56,099 nt of DNA from Omnitrophica bacterium GWA2_41_15 (GCA_919901925.1 CAKKQA010000036.1:1-56099); one strand, 5' to 3'; numbered from the stretch's first letter, positions 17,860-26,971 are shown. The notes: a model not told the origin generated them from the sequence alone. Translations and numbers: made by a program.

Positions 17860-19308
17860 TTAGTTAAATTTCACATCCTCAATATGCGCTGTCGCGGCCA
17901 AGGTAAAATTAACCTTTGACCTATAGCGCCTTTCCAAAGCGACAATATCCTTTTCATGGCCCTTTAACAGCTCATTGATAACTTCAGGATTTGCCAACAC
18001 ATTAACTTCTCTTTTACCCTGGGATTGCGGCAGAAGAGTCTTCAATTGTTTCAAAACCCATATACACATAGTTGATATTGATTTGATCTTGCCTCGGCCC
18101 CGGCAATACGGACAAGTCGAATATGATAAGCTTTCAATGGTCCGATAAACCCTTTCGCGGGTCATCTCGACCACGCCGAATTTAGAAATGCCTATGATCT
18201 CGTATTTCGCTTTGTCCTCTTCCATAGAACCTTTAAGTATCCTGAATATATCACGGCGGTGGTCTTCCCTTTCCATATCGATAAAATCTATGACGATAAT
18301 CCCGCCTAAATCCCGCAATCTTAACTGCCTGGCAATAGCCCTTGCCGCTTCCGAGTTTACCGCCAAAGCCATCTGTTCGGGATCAGTCTTTTTCCTGAAC
18401 CTTCCGGAATTAACGTCTATAACCACCAAGCCTTCAGTCGGCTCAATCACCAGATAAGCCCCGGATTTCATAAAAACCTTGCGTTCATAAATTTTATCGA
18501 TCTGTTTCTGGACATCCTTAACCGTAAAAAGGTCATTTTTTTCGTCATAATATGCTATTTTTTTAACCAGATCATTGGAAAAAACGCTTAAGAAATTACG
18601 GATTCGCTTGAATTCATCTTTTGAATCCACGATTAATTTGCTTATCTGGTCATCGAAAGAATCCCGGATAACCCTCAAGACTAAATCGTATTCTTCATAT
18701 ATTAAACTAGGGGCCTTATTCTTTAAAGCCGATTGCTTAATCCTGCGCCAAAGCTTAAGCAAAAAGAAAATATCATGCTGTAGGTTATTTTTATTTTTTC
18801 CGCAGGCGACTGTGCGGATAATATAACCTATATCCGTCGGGACATTTATCTCTTCCATTATCCCTAGTAACCTTGACCTTTCAGGCCTGTCCTCTATTCT
18901 GCGGGAAACTCCGCGGTGCGTATCCTGCGGCATAAGGACCAGATACCTGCCGGCCAATCCGATATGCGTGGTAAGCCTCGGCCCTTTGGTGCTTATGGGC
19001 TCTTTTACTACCTGAACCAAAACCTCCTGCCCTTTTTTAAATTCTTTATTCTCCCGGCTCGTCGGCCCTATCGGCTCTATCGGCTCAACAGTATCCGAAA
19101 GATAGAGAAAGCCTTTTTTCTCCAAACCGATATCCACGAAAGCCGCGCCTATCGACGGCACAACCGTATCGATTATGCCTTTATAAATATTCCCGACAAT
19201 CGTCTTATCGGAAGGGCGCTCGATATAGTATTCATCAAGCACCCCCTCTTTAACTATCGCAACCTGTTTTTCCTGAATTTCCGCGTTAACTAAAATTTCT
19301 TTAGCCAT
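17860..19308 (-). CDS. rng: Ribonuclease G/E family endoribonuclease
   Basis: An N-terminal S1 domain, the catalytic core (IDVNSG...) and a Zn-link-like CPYCRGRG motif are present. Confidence 0.85.
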   Translation of the reverse strand: MAKEILVNAEIQEKQVAIVKEGVLDEYYIERPSDKTIVGNIYKGIIDTVVPSIGAAFVDIGLEKKGFLYLSDTVEPIEPIGPTSRENKEFKKGQEVLVQVVKEPISTKGPRLTTHIGLAGRYLVLMPQDTHRGVSRRIEDRPERSRLLGIMEEINVPTDIGYIIRTVACGKNKNNLQHDIFFLLKLWRRIKQSALKNKAPSLIYEEYDLVLRVIRDSFDDQISKLIVDSKDEFKRIRNFLSVFSNDLVKKIAYYDEKNDLFTVKDVQKQIDKIYERKVFMKSGAYLVIEPTEGLVVIDVNSGRFRKKTDPEQMALAVNSEAARAIARQLRLRDLGGIIVIDFIDMEREDHRRDIFRILKGSMEEDKAKYEIIGISKFGVVEMTRERVYRTIESLSYSTCPYCRGRGKIKSISTMCIWVLKQLKTLLPQSQGKREVNVLANPEVINELLKGHEKDIVALERRYRSKVNFTLAATAHIEDVKFN

Positions 19309-19378
19309 CTATCTTAATTACCTCCCATAGGCACATTTGATTTCAGGTTTCAACCTGAAATCAAGTTTACCGTCTTTT

Positions 19379-19672
19379 TTATGTTATTTTAATTCCTTCG
19401 GGCAATTGAGCCTGTAATTTATTTTTAAATTCCTCTAAACTAATTTGCTCTCTTAATCCGATTTCGACTTCCTCATTATCACTCTCTAATCCTAATTTTA
19501 ACGCCCTCTTTATTTTAACTTCCGGATGCTTACTAAACCCTCCGGAAACCTCCAGAGGCACGCCGGCCCTTCGCAATGCCCTGCCAAAAAGCCGCAATAA
19601 ATCCAAATGCGAAATATAACGCATCAGGCCTTTTTTACTAAAGTTAACAATCACTTTTACGCTAGCAGGCAT
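19379..19672 (-). CDS. DUF2344 (radical-SAM-linked protein) N-terminal fragment
   Basis: ISHLDLLRLFGRALRRAGVPL..GFSKHP matches my recollection of the TIGR03936-type family. It is 97 aa, whereas I recall roughly 200+ aa as usual. Confidence 0.55.
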   Translation of the reverse strand: MPASVKVIVNFSKKGLMRYISHLDLLRLFGRALRRAGVPLEVSGGFSKHPEVKIKRALKLGLESDNEEVEIGLREQISLEEFKNKLQAQLPEGIKIT

Positions 19673-19733
19673 TTAATTATACGTCTAACAGCTATTTTTT
19701 TAACAGGATTTTTTTAATGGAGGGAAGCAACGG

Positions 19734-21425
19734 TTATGATTTTATCTTTTTCTTGCCCTTCTTTTTCTTATCGCCGGCAGCCTTAAAAGTTTCCTGCCAT
19801 TTAGCTATCTCTGCTTCGCTAGTCTGGCCATCCTCAATTATACGTGCCGTGATAAATATCAAAAGGTCAATCTTTGCTATATCATCCGTGTCGCGCCGAA
19901 AAGCCATACCTATTATAGGAATTTTGCTTAAATAAGGTATGCCTGTCATATTCTTTGACTTGACGTCTTTAAGCAATCCACCTATAACAACCGTCTCTCC
20001 GTCCTTCATCAAAACCCGCGTCTCTGCTTCCCTTGTATCAATTATAGGGTAATTATTCGTTCCCAGCGTTTGCGTAAATGAGCTTACCGCCGGATGGACC
20101 ACCATATTAATATACTTATTCGCGCCTATCTGCGGTATGACATTAAGCTGTATACCAATATTCTGATAATAATCCAGCGTAATACTTATTGTTGAACCTG
20201 AACCTACCCCTGTAATATCTTGTTTAAGTATCGGGTATTTTGTCCCGACTAAAATAGTTGCCTCCTGATTATTCAAAGCGACAATCCTTGGCGCTGAAAG
20301 GGTATTAGTATTGATATCTTCCTCAAGCGCGTGAAGCATTACTTCAAATTGTGTCCCGGCTAACTTCTGAAACAGAACCTCCAAACCCGTATTAAACGGC
20401 TCAACTCCGGAGATATTAGTTGCCTTAGGCGTAAATGCCGCAGGCGAGACTTGAGAGCCTAAAACATGTCCGGCTAAATCAGAAGTAACTCTGCCTAATT
20501 TCTTACTTGTCGGCGTTGTAATCATTGTAGCGGTTTCCGCTCCCGTGGAGCCTGTACCCCAATCAACGCCGATATCTTTTAATTTATCGCGGCTGACTTC
20601 CATAATCCTGGTCTCAATTAAAACCTGCATGGGCTTTATATCAATTTCAGTGATAACTTTTCTGATATTATCCATAACCGGAGGCACATCGCTTATGATT
20701 AAAACACGGGAGCGCCCTTTTCTTTCTTCAATGGTCCTGTTTATTTTTCCGAACGATTCTTTACTGAATTCCCAACCCGGCTGGGTAGTCATCTCCAACG
20801 CTGTAACCTTACCTCGAGAAGAAAGCTGGCTCTCAATTGCTTTCTTGGCATCCTGCGCGTCTATAAATTTAAGGTGAAAAACTTCTGTTAACACCGGCTG
20901 AACCTGAGCAAGGTCCGCTTCCTGCTTCTTCATGGCGGTCAATTTTTCGACAAGAGCGACCATAATGATGTTGCCTCTCTGTTCATAGCTATAGCCATAA
21001 CTGCTAATAATAGTTTTCAAGGCATCTTCCCAGTAAACATCGACCAGCCGCACGCTTACAATGCCGTTAACTTCGGCTGAAGGAACAATATTTACTCCTG
21101 CTTTATAGCCTAAAAGCTTCAACACATTCTTTATGTCAGCGTCTTTGAAGTCAATTGTGATTTTTTTATTTGAAAGAGCGGCTGCCGAACTATCAGCTCC
21201 CGAAATTTTCTGGCTGATAACATTCTTACCGCTTGATTCATTAGAAACTGCGGCGGCCACGCCTTGCGCGGAAGCATCCGTTTGAGCAGCAGCTTGAGGC
21301 TGTTCTGTATTATTAGCGCCATCCGAAGAAACGGTTTGGGAATATCCTCTGATGCTAAAAAATAAAACAGCGCCGAAAACTGTCAATGCCAGTAACAAAA
21401 ACTGGTTATATTTGCGCTCTAGCAT
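19734..21425 (-). CDS. pilQ: Type IV pilus secretin
   Basis: A signal peptide, N-terminal secretin domains and the C-terminal secretin core (VIGGL...IPYLSKIPIIG) are present. It lies downstream of pilMNOP. Confidence 0.85.
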   Translation of the reverse strand: MLERKYNQFLLLALTVFGAVLFFSIRGYSQTVSSDGANNTEQPQAAAQTDASAQGVAAAVSNESSGKNVISQKISGADSSAAALSNKKITIDFKDADIKNVLKLLGYKAGVNIVPSAEVNGIVSVRLVDVYWEDALKTIISSYGYSYEQRGNIIMVALVEKLTAMKKQEADLAQVQPVLTEVFHLKFIDAQDAKKAIESQLSSRGKVTALEMTTQPGWEFSKESFGKINRTIEERKGRSRVLIISDVPPVMDNIRKVITEIDIKPMQVLIETRIMEVSRDKLKDIGVDWGTGSTGAETATMITTPTSKKLGRVTSDLAGHVLGSQVSPAAFTPKATNISGVEPFNTGLEVLFQKLAGTQFEVMLHALEEDINTNTLSAPRIVALNNQEATILVGTKYPILKQDITGVGSGSTISITLDYYQNIGIQLNVIPQIGANKYINMVVHPAVSSFTQTLGTNNYPIIDTREAETRVLMKDGETVVIGGLLKDVKSKNMTGIPYLSKIPIIGMAFRRDTDDIAKIDLLIFITARIIEDGQTSEAEIAKWQETFKAAGDKKKKGKKKIKS

Positions 21426-21805
21426 CAGTCCTCCTTCCTTAATTCTATTTCAATAGTTTGATCGTCTCTTTTTAAGATAACCTTATCCGGCTGTATTTCG
21501 AGCACCTGATAATCTTCAATCACATCCGCGGGCTTAACTACCTCATTGTTAATCACAGCGTAAGAAGCCCCTTGTGGATCATAAATAATCCCTTCCAGCG
21601 TGAATGTATTATCTGAATCGCTGCCAGAGCCTTTCCACTCTAAAAGCCTGCCGTCTTCGGTTACTAAAGGCAAGAATGGATCGCGCCCGGATTTAGCAAC
21701 AGGCTTTTCCACAGCCGATTGGGCGCTTGAGCATACGCTGCCTAAAAACATGACTATTATACCAAAAAAAAGCAGCGAAAAGAAATGTTTATTTTTGCTT
21801 AACAT
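21425..21805 (-). CDS. pilP: PilP-like pilus assembly lipoprotein
   Basis: It has a signal peptide with Cys, the RDPFLPL motif, and sits between pilO and pilQ. Confidence 0.55.
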   Translation of the reverse strand: MLSKNKHFFSLLFFGIIVMFLGSVCSSAQSAVEKPVAKSGRDPFLPLVTEDGRLLEWKGSGSDSDNTFTLEGIIYDPQGASYAVINNEVVKPADVIEDYQVLEIQPDKVILKRDDQTIEIELRKED

Positions 21806-22352
21806 ATGTTTCTAAATTAACACTGACCGCGTGCCTGAACATATCCGGGCCACGCGTTATTGTTACGTCGTTTATTTTTACCGGCAAGTCCTCACATAGA
21901 ACGCTTAAGAATTTTACTGCTTGAAAATAACGGGCAGCCAATTCTATATCTATAGGCAAAGGCGAAAGTTTAAAACCGCCTATTTCAATAATCTTACCAC
22001 CCGGTTGATTGTCCGCGAAATTTACCGTTTTAATTTTTACGCCGGCAGAGCTTGCTTTTTTAAGTATTGTTTCTCTGAAGTTATTAATAGTCAGGCTGTC
22101 CAATAATTCCTGTTCGACATAAGCGGATTTATTTTTTAGCATTGCCAGTTCATCTTCCAACGCCTTCAAATTAGAAAGGTCCTTCTTAAATTGCTTAAAC
22201 GCTCCCTCCTGGCTTGCTAATTTCCCGCTGACTTCTTTTAGCGAACGCGCCTGTAATTTAAAAATAAAGACAAAATAAATACAGGCAATAATCAGCGCGA
22301 AAGCAACAAGCGCGATGTCTTTTTTGTCCTGCGAGGGGAAAAGATTTTTCAT
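21789..22352 (-). CDS. pilO: PilO-like pilus assembly protein
   Basis: It has a single N-terminal TM, a coiled coil and a C-terminal domain. The call rests mainly on position. Confidence 0.55.
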   Translation of the reverse strand: MKNLFPSQDKKDIALVAFALIIACIYFVFIFKLQARSLKEVSGKLASQEGAFKQFKKDLSNLKALEDELAMLKNKSAYVEQELLDSLTINNFRETILKKASSAGVKIKTVNFADNQPGGKIIEIGGFKLSPLPIDIELAARYFQAVKFLSVLCEDLPVKINDVTITRGPDMFRHAVSVNLETYVKQK

Positions 22353-22361
22353 CTTTTTTGC

Positions 22362-22925
22362 CTATTGTTTAGAACTTATTGTAAAGTCGGCCACTTCGAT
22401 TGCCCCAGCTTTTCTTTTTATGATCGTCCCTATCTCAAGTTTATTTAAACCCTTGTTTATTTGAACATTATCCTTTAATAACCCGAAAAATTTATTTATC
22501 TGCGCGGCTTCGCCGGTAGACGGTAAAATACAACTTCCTTTTATCCGCAAAGCGCTTTTCCCGATAAATAACTCCTCGAGCCAGATACCCTGCGGCGTAA
22601 AATCGCTTATTATATACAGCTTGCGCGTAATTTCCGAATTCTCTGCCGAAACAAGCAAAATACCGTTCTGCAAAGCCCGGTATTTTGAAACGCCATTCTT
22701 TACTTCGTCAACGCTCTTCTTCTGCGCCTGCAAAACGCGCCATTTACTTTCGGATAATTTTAAGCGGGAAAAATTAAAAACTATCAACAACTGAAGCCCC
22801 AGAAAAAATAAGGCGCAAACAGCAAGGATCAAAACAAAAGAATTCCTCAAGAATTCCTTTGGCAGCTGAATAGGAAATCCTTGTTTTTGGCGCAATTCTT
22901 CAGGCAATAAATTTATTTCTATCAT
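22362..22925 (-). CDS. pilN: PilN-like fimbrial assembly protein
   Basis: The MIEINLLPEE N-terminus followed by a TM helix is the canonical PilN start. Confidence 0.7.
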   Translation of the reverse strand: MIEINLLPEELRQKQGFPIQLPKEFLRNSFVLILAVCALFFLGLQLLIVFNFSRLKLSESKWRVLQAQKKSVDEVKNGVSKYRALQNGILLVSAENSEITRKLYIISDFTPQGIWLEELFIGKSALRIKGSCILPSTGEAAQINKFFGLLKDNVQINKGLNKLEIGTIIKRKAGAIEVADFTISSKQ

Positions 22926-24055
22926 CTTGATGCCAGCCCCAGCGCTACAGAATAAATGTTTGACTTGAGGGTATATTCTTTTTTTGCCGCCTCATCTTCG
23001 AATTCCAAACACATAGGATAATCGATCTTCTGGCCTTGCGGCTTAGAAGATAAAGCCTGTTCTGTATTAATGGCTTGCGGGCCGGGTTTGATATCGGACG
23101 GCGCGGAAATATCAAAAACCCTGGCTGAAACGCCTAAAAAACTATTCAGTAATTCTAAAACTCCCGCCGAATAGCTTAGGCCTCCGCTTACAAATATCTT
23201 AAATACTTCGAGGCCGCTCTGATTTTCATAATAATCGATAGCTAATCTTATTTCTGAAGATAAATGGCTTATAAGCGGCTCTAAAATACTCAAAAGCTCA
23301 ACCCTCTTTTGCGGGTCTAATTTCATCGCTTCCGCCTTGGCTAAATCGATATTGTAGACGGAAGAAATTTTTTGTGTGACATCCGAACCTCCGAAAAGTA
23401 TATCCCTGCTAAAATTCAATATGCCGTCCTCTAGAATACACATATTTGTAAACTTAGCGCCGATATTTAATAATGCTACCGGCCCTTTCTTCGCGGCTTC
23501 CTCCGTAAAAACCGTAAAAGAGTTAGCTATGCATAAGCAATCAACATCTATAATCCCCGGGTTAAGCCCTGCTTTTTCCAAAAGGACAAGCCGCTCGCTG
23601 ACCGCTGATTTCTTCACCGCTGCCAGCAAAACCGACATCTTCTTCTCGTCGGGTTTTTCTTTAAGGATAGCGCAGTCTAAAAACATTTCCTCAAGAGGAA
23701 GAGGCAGGTATTCCTTAGCCTCAAACTGTAAAGTATTCTTTAATTCCTCGGGTGTCAATAACGGCAATGTTATGTAACGCATTACAACGGCCGGGCCGGA
23801 CAAGGAAACATTAACCGGCCTGCCTTTTAAACCTTCGGATTTCACAATGCCTTCCAGCACTGAAGACAAATCCGCTCCGGAAGGTATTGGAGAAACTAAA
23901 GATTTCTTCAAAATTTTCTTTGCGCCGCTTGTTTGCAGCCATACCAGCTTAATACTCGAAGTGCCGATATCAAGCCCTATTGCCGCGCCCTGCGAAGCGC
24001 GCCCCCTGGCCGCTTTTATTTTATTTAGAATATTATTAATTTTATCGTGTCCCAT
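22922..24055 (-). CDS. pilM: PilM, actin-like type IV pilus assembly ATPase-fold protein
   Basis: GLDIGTSSIKLV and an FtsA/PilM-like fold are present. It overlaps pilN by 4 nt. Confidence 0.8.
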   Translation of the reverse strand: MGHDKINNILNKIKAARGRASQGAAIGLDIGTSSIKLVWLQTSGAKKILKKSLVSPIPSGADLSSVLEGIVKSEGLKGRPVNVSLSGPAVVMRYITLPLLTPEELKNTLQFEAKEYLPLPLEEMFLDCAILKEKPDEKKMSVLLAAVKKSAVSERLVLLEKAGLNPGIIDVDCLCIANSFTVFTEEAAKKGPVALLNIGAKFTNMCILEDGILNFSRDILFGGSDVTQKISSVYNIDLAKAEAMKLDPQKRVELLSILEPLISHLSSEIRLAIDYYENQSGLEVFKIFVSGGLSYSAGVLELLNSFLGVSARVFDISAPSDIKPGPQAINTEQALSSKPQGQKIDYPMCLEFEDEAAKKEYTLKSNIYSVALGLASR

Positions 24056-24056
24056 T

Positions 24057-24983
24057 TTATAGCTCGTACCAGGCTTTCACAGTAGGAATCATAGTCTTTC
24101 CGGTCAATAAGCCAAACGCGTCCGCGACACCGGCGGCGCTAAAATTCAAAACCGCATTGCCGGTCAAATCAGATTCCACATCAACCGCGCTTTCCGCGAA
24201 AAGCGAACCGGTTATAACCGGGGTGCCGCTTATTTTAATCTTTCCCAAAACCCAAATAACACCGTCAAAATGCCAACCCCCGGAGATTTCCAGCGCCGCG
24301 ATGTCTTTTGTGGAATCGTTCCTGTGGCCGTCAATAATCAATAAGCCGCTTCCGCTCCAGTTAGAGCTTATTTTATAATCCTGCGCGGTACTAGGTGTAT
24401 CCCCTGTCAAATCAACCCAGGTAATACCGTTTACCGGCTGCTGGTTTTCACCAGGGTCAGTGTAAAGATGGTCAGCTACTGACTTTACTGCTTCTTTACT
24501 TGTCCCGAAGATCTCCTGAAAATCAAGTTCAGACTGCGTAGTATAAGAGCCTTCGGGATTAATATCAACGCTGCCTCTTACACTCAATTCACCGGTAGTC
24601 CCAATGGCGCTAGTCATATTGCCAAAACCTGTTGTTGGCAAGGATACCGTAACCTTGATTGTGCGCTGAACACCGGAAAAAGTCCCTGTTGAAATTATAT
24701 CATAATTAACTCCGGAAATTTGAGTAGTAGTGCTGTAACTTCCGTTAACACTGCCGACAAAAATATTCCCGGACAAAGAAGCTCTGGAAGGCAGCTGTTT
24801 GACTGCCTCGGCAACACCTGCTTCAGATAACCAATACGCGGTAGTAGAATATAAATAGCGGTTAACCTGAAAAGATTCATTAACGCTGCGCGATACAAAC
24901 CCGCTTCCCACAAACAAAACCAGGAATGACGCGATAACCATATACGTCAAAATCAAAGCGATTCCTCGGTTATTCATATTCAC
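24057..24983 (-). CDS. PilX-N-like pilus-associated protein
   Basis: The N-terminus RGIALILTYMVIASFLVLF resembles the PilX N-terminal domain. The remainder is Thr/Gly/Ser-rich and extracellular-like. Confidence 0.5.
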   Translation of the reverse strand: MNMNNRGIALILTYMVIASFLVLFVGSGFVSRSVNESFQVNRYLYSTTAYWLSEAGVAEAVKQLPSRASLSGNIFVGSVNGSYSTTTQISGVNYDIISTGTFSGVQRTIKVTVSLPTTGFGNMTSAIGTTGELSVRGSVDINPEGSYTTQSELDFQEIFGTSKEAVKSVADHLYTDPGENQQPVNGITWVDLTGDTPSTAQDYKISSNWSGSGLLIIDGHRNDSTKDIAALEISGGWHFDGVIWVLGKIKISGTPVITGSLFAESAVDVESDLTGNAVLNFSAAGVADAFGLLTGKTMIPTVKAWYEL

Positions 24984-25546
24984 TATTTCCTTAATTTAAC
25001 TTTTGAGTATAAAGAAAATGTTACGGCCCTGCCCATATATGTTTTTCCAGCGGTAATCGTAACCGCGATTAAATTGCTGCCTATTTCAGAATAATTGAGG
25101 GCAAAAGATTGTATATTCTTGAATTTATTGACCGCGCCATTAGCCGAATCTATACGGGCAATCATTTTCTTTGACGCATCCTGGTCATCCGTTACTAATT
25201 TATATTCCAGAGTGTTTCCCCAGCTATCTACGCCGGTAGATCTCTGAAATACAATCCTGTCTGCCTGCTGAACGCTTATGTGGCCGGAATCAGTTTGACG
25301 CATATCCTTAATAAGCCAATCCATAGCTATCCTTGCGGGAGGCTGAACGTCTAATTTCAGAGAAGCTGTGCCTATCGAAAGTATACCTGTGTTAAAAACG
25401 CCGAGAATTCCGGCAATCATCAAGCCAAATATCCCTATGACAACTAAAAGCTCAACGAGGGTAAACCCCGTTAGAAGCCTCTTAGCCTTAGTATGAGCAA
25501 TTAAAGCTTCTAACAGGGTAAACCCTTTCATTAACTTTTCCCCCAA
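24983..25546 (-). CDS. Prepilin-type N-terminal cleavage/methylation domain protein (minor pilin). The probable true start is the ATG at 25531.
   Basis: It begins MKGFTLLE...TGFTLVELLVVIGIFGLMIAG. GGGGGA lies upstream of the ATG at 25531, and the track start at 25546 is a TTG. Confidence 0.75.
   Translation of the reverse strand: MGEKLMKGFTLLEALIAHTKAKRLLTGFTLVELLVVIGIFGLMIAGILGVFNTGILSIGTASLKLDVQPPARIAMDWLIKDMRQTDSGHISVQQADRIVFQRSTGVDSWGNTLEYKLVTDDQDASKKMIARIDSANGAVNKFKNIQSFALNYSEIGSNLIAVTITAGKTYMGRAVTFSLYSKVKLRK
25465..25519 (-). other. In-frame mRNA hairpin cassette in the minor pilin leader (copy A)
   Basis: The sense strand forms ACCCUGUUAGAAGC / GCUUCUAACGGGGU (13 Watson-Crick pairs plus 1 G.U) around a 27-nt loop. 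Confidence 0.65.
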
Positions 25547-25579
25547 AAATTACTACTGCGTTATAAAATTACTTTTTAT

Positions 25580-25644
25580 GGGTTAAGGTTCAAGGGTGAA
25601 CGAACAACGTTTTTCCCTTCACCTTTCACCTTTAACCTTACACC
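25580..25644. repeat. Heptad-armed inverted repeat, CTTTCAC family
   Basis: GGGTTAAGGTTCAAGGGTGAACG faces CCCTTCACCTTTCACCTTTAACCTTACACC. It lies between the two minor pilin genes. Confidence 0.65.
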
Positions 25645-25679
25645 TAATATTTGTAATAATTAGCTTTGCAATGAACTAC

Positions 25680-26123
25680 TTATTGTAAATTCGTAAACCT
25701 GCTTGCCAGTTTTATCTGACGGGCCCTTTGCCTTTCCAGCCAATTAACCGCAACCTCTACTTGAATAGGGTCAGTTCCCGCGCCGAAAGTTACCGATATG
25801 TTTTCTGATGGCAAGTTTGCTAAACTTGGGACAGTATAATTTCCAGCTGCTTTATACCCCTGAATCTGGCTAAAGGACATTGTCTTAAATAACTCCATCA
25901 CGTACTGCGCGTCATTTACAGCGACGATATTGTTACTGGACGACTGATTTAATATCATCGTATAACTAAACGTGGCTAAAAGGGCGCACAAAGCCACAGC
26001 CAATATTGCCGCGGCCAGCAAGAGTTCAGCAAGGGTAAACCCCGTTAGAAACCTCTTCGCTTTAGGGCGAGCAATTAAAGTTTCTAACGGGGTAAAAGCC
26101 TTTGGTTTATTTTTAGGCATCAT
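25680..26123 (-). CDS. Prepilin-type N-terminal cleavage/methylation domain protein (minor pilin)
   Basis: MMPKNKPKAFTPLETLIARPKAKRFLTGFTLAELLLAAAILAV contains the G|FTLxE motif followed by a hydrophobic helix. Confidence 0.75.
   Translation of the reverse strand: MMPKNKPKAFTPLETLIARPKAKRFLTGFTLAELLLAAAILAVALCALLATFSYTMILNQSSSNNIVAVNDAQYVMELFKTMSFSQIQGYKAAGNYTVPSLANLPSENISVTFGAGTDPIQVEVAVNWLERQRARQIKLASRFTNLQ
26038..26092 (-). other. In-frame mRNA hairpin cassette in the minor pilin leader (copy B)
   Basis: A perfect 14-bp stem ACCCCGUUAGAAAC / GUUUCUAACGGGGU closes a 27-nt loop. Confidence 0.65.
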
Positions 26124-26832
26124 TACTAAAATATAATTTAAACTGCCTGTTTAATTCGCTTATCGGAATCTGGCCTTTAGCCTTTGGCTGGTTTATATAG
26201 GAATACGTCAACAGGGATCCGCAGATCGGAAAGAATATCCTCGATACAGCCCCCTTGCTCCCCATTGATATTGATATTATATTGTCTTTTTTGTGGGTAA
26301 GAGTAAAAAGCGCAAGGCGCGAAACATCCTCATAAGACGCGGCGGTAACCGCTATCTTAAAGATATCGCCCTTAAGGCTTTTTGCTTTTTTAAAAATTCT
26401 TTCAAGCTCCGCGCAAGAAGGAGTACGTTTTAAATCATGGACTGAAATTATGCTGGCCTTACGATTGGCCTTTGCGATTTTTAAGACGTCTTTTAAAATC
26501 GCGCTGCCAAGTTCGATATCAACCGCGTCAACCAGCTCGATTAATGAGGAAAACAAAAATAGGCGTTTACCGTCGGGGATATGCCTTTTGCCCCCTTCTT
26601 CCTTAGAACGGACAGTTAAAATCAGCGGGAGCCTCGTTTTACGGAAATCCCTGATTTTTGATACGATTCTGCCGACGGTTAAGGTTTTAAAGCTATCAAC
26701 TCGTAACTCAAGCGCGTCAACCTTATATTTGGCAATTTCACCCGGCGTATCCCGGTCCGAAACACTAAGCGCTATCCGCGGGGCATTTCCCAATTGTAGA
26801 TTAGCTATTTTTATCATATATTTTCTTATCAA
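26113..26832 (-). CDS. aroD: 3-dehydroquinate dehydratase, type I
   Basis: It has the length and pattern of type I DHQase (..ALELRVD.., ..SMG..G..SR..). Confidence 0.75.
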   Translation of the reverse strand: MIRKYMIKIANLQLGNAPRIALSVSDRDTPGEIAKYKVDALELRVDSFKTLTVGRIVSKIRDFRKTRLPLILTVRSKEEGGKRHIPDGKRLFLFSSLIELVDAVDIELGSAILKDVLKIAKANRKASIISVHDLKRTPSCAELERIFKKAKSLKGDIFKIAVTAASYEDVSRLALFTLTHKKDNIISISMGSKGAVSRIFFPICGSLLTYSYINQPKAKGQIPISELNRQFKLYFSNDA

Positions 26833-26866
26833 TGATTATAAGTATATATATATGAACGGGTTCAGT

Positions 26867-26899
26867 CAAGTAAAATCTGCCGAAGGCAGATTTTACTTG
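26867..26899. repeat. 33-nt palindrome CAAGTAAAATCTGCC-GAA-GGCAGATTTTACTTG
   Basis: The stem is a perfect 15 bp. A half-copy TGCCGAAGGCAGATTTTACTTA lies at 26946..26967, and a related GTAAAAT...ATTTTAC hairpin lies at about 27611..27647. Confidence 0.7.
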
Positions 26900-26971
26900 A
26901 TCTCGAGCTGCGCCGAATAGACGCAGCGAGAGACCCTTTTCCTATGCCGAAGGCAGATTTTACTTACTCAT

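Noticed and set aside
19337-19364. The hairpin TTGATTTCAGGTT-TC-AACCTGAAATCAA as an intrinsic terminator of the DUF2344 fragment.
   Set aside because: On the transcribed (minus) strand it is not followed by a U-tract; the T-run is on the plus strand only. I kept it as an unexplained hairpin rather than a terminator call.
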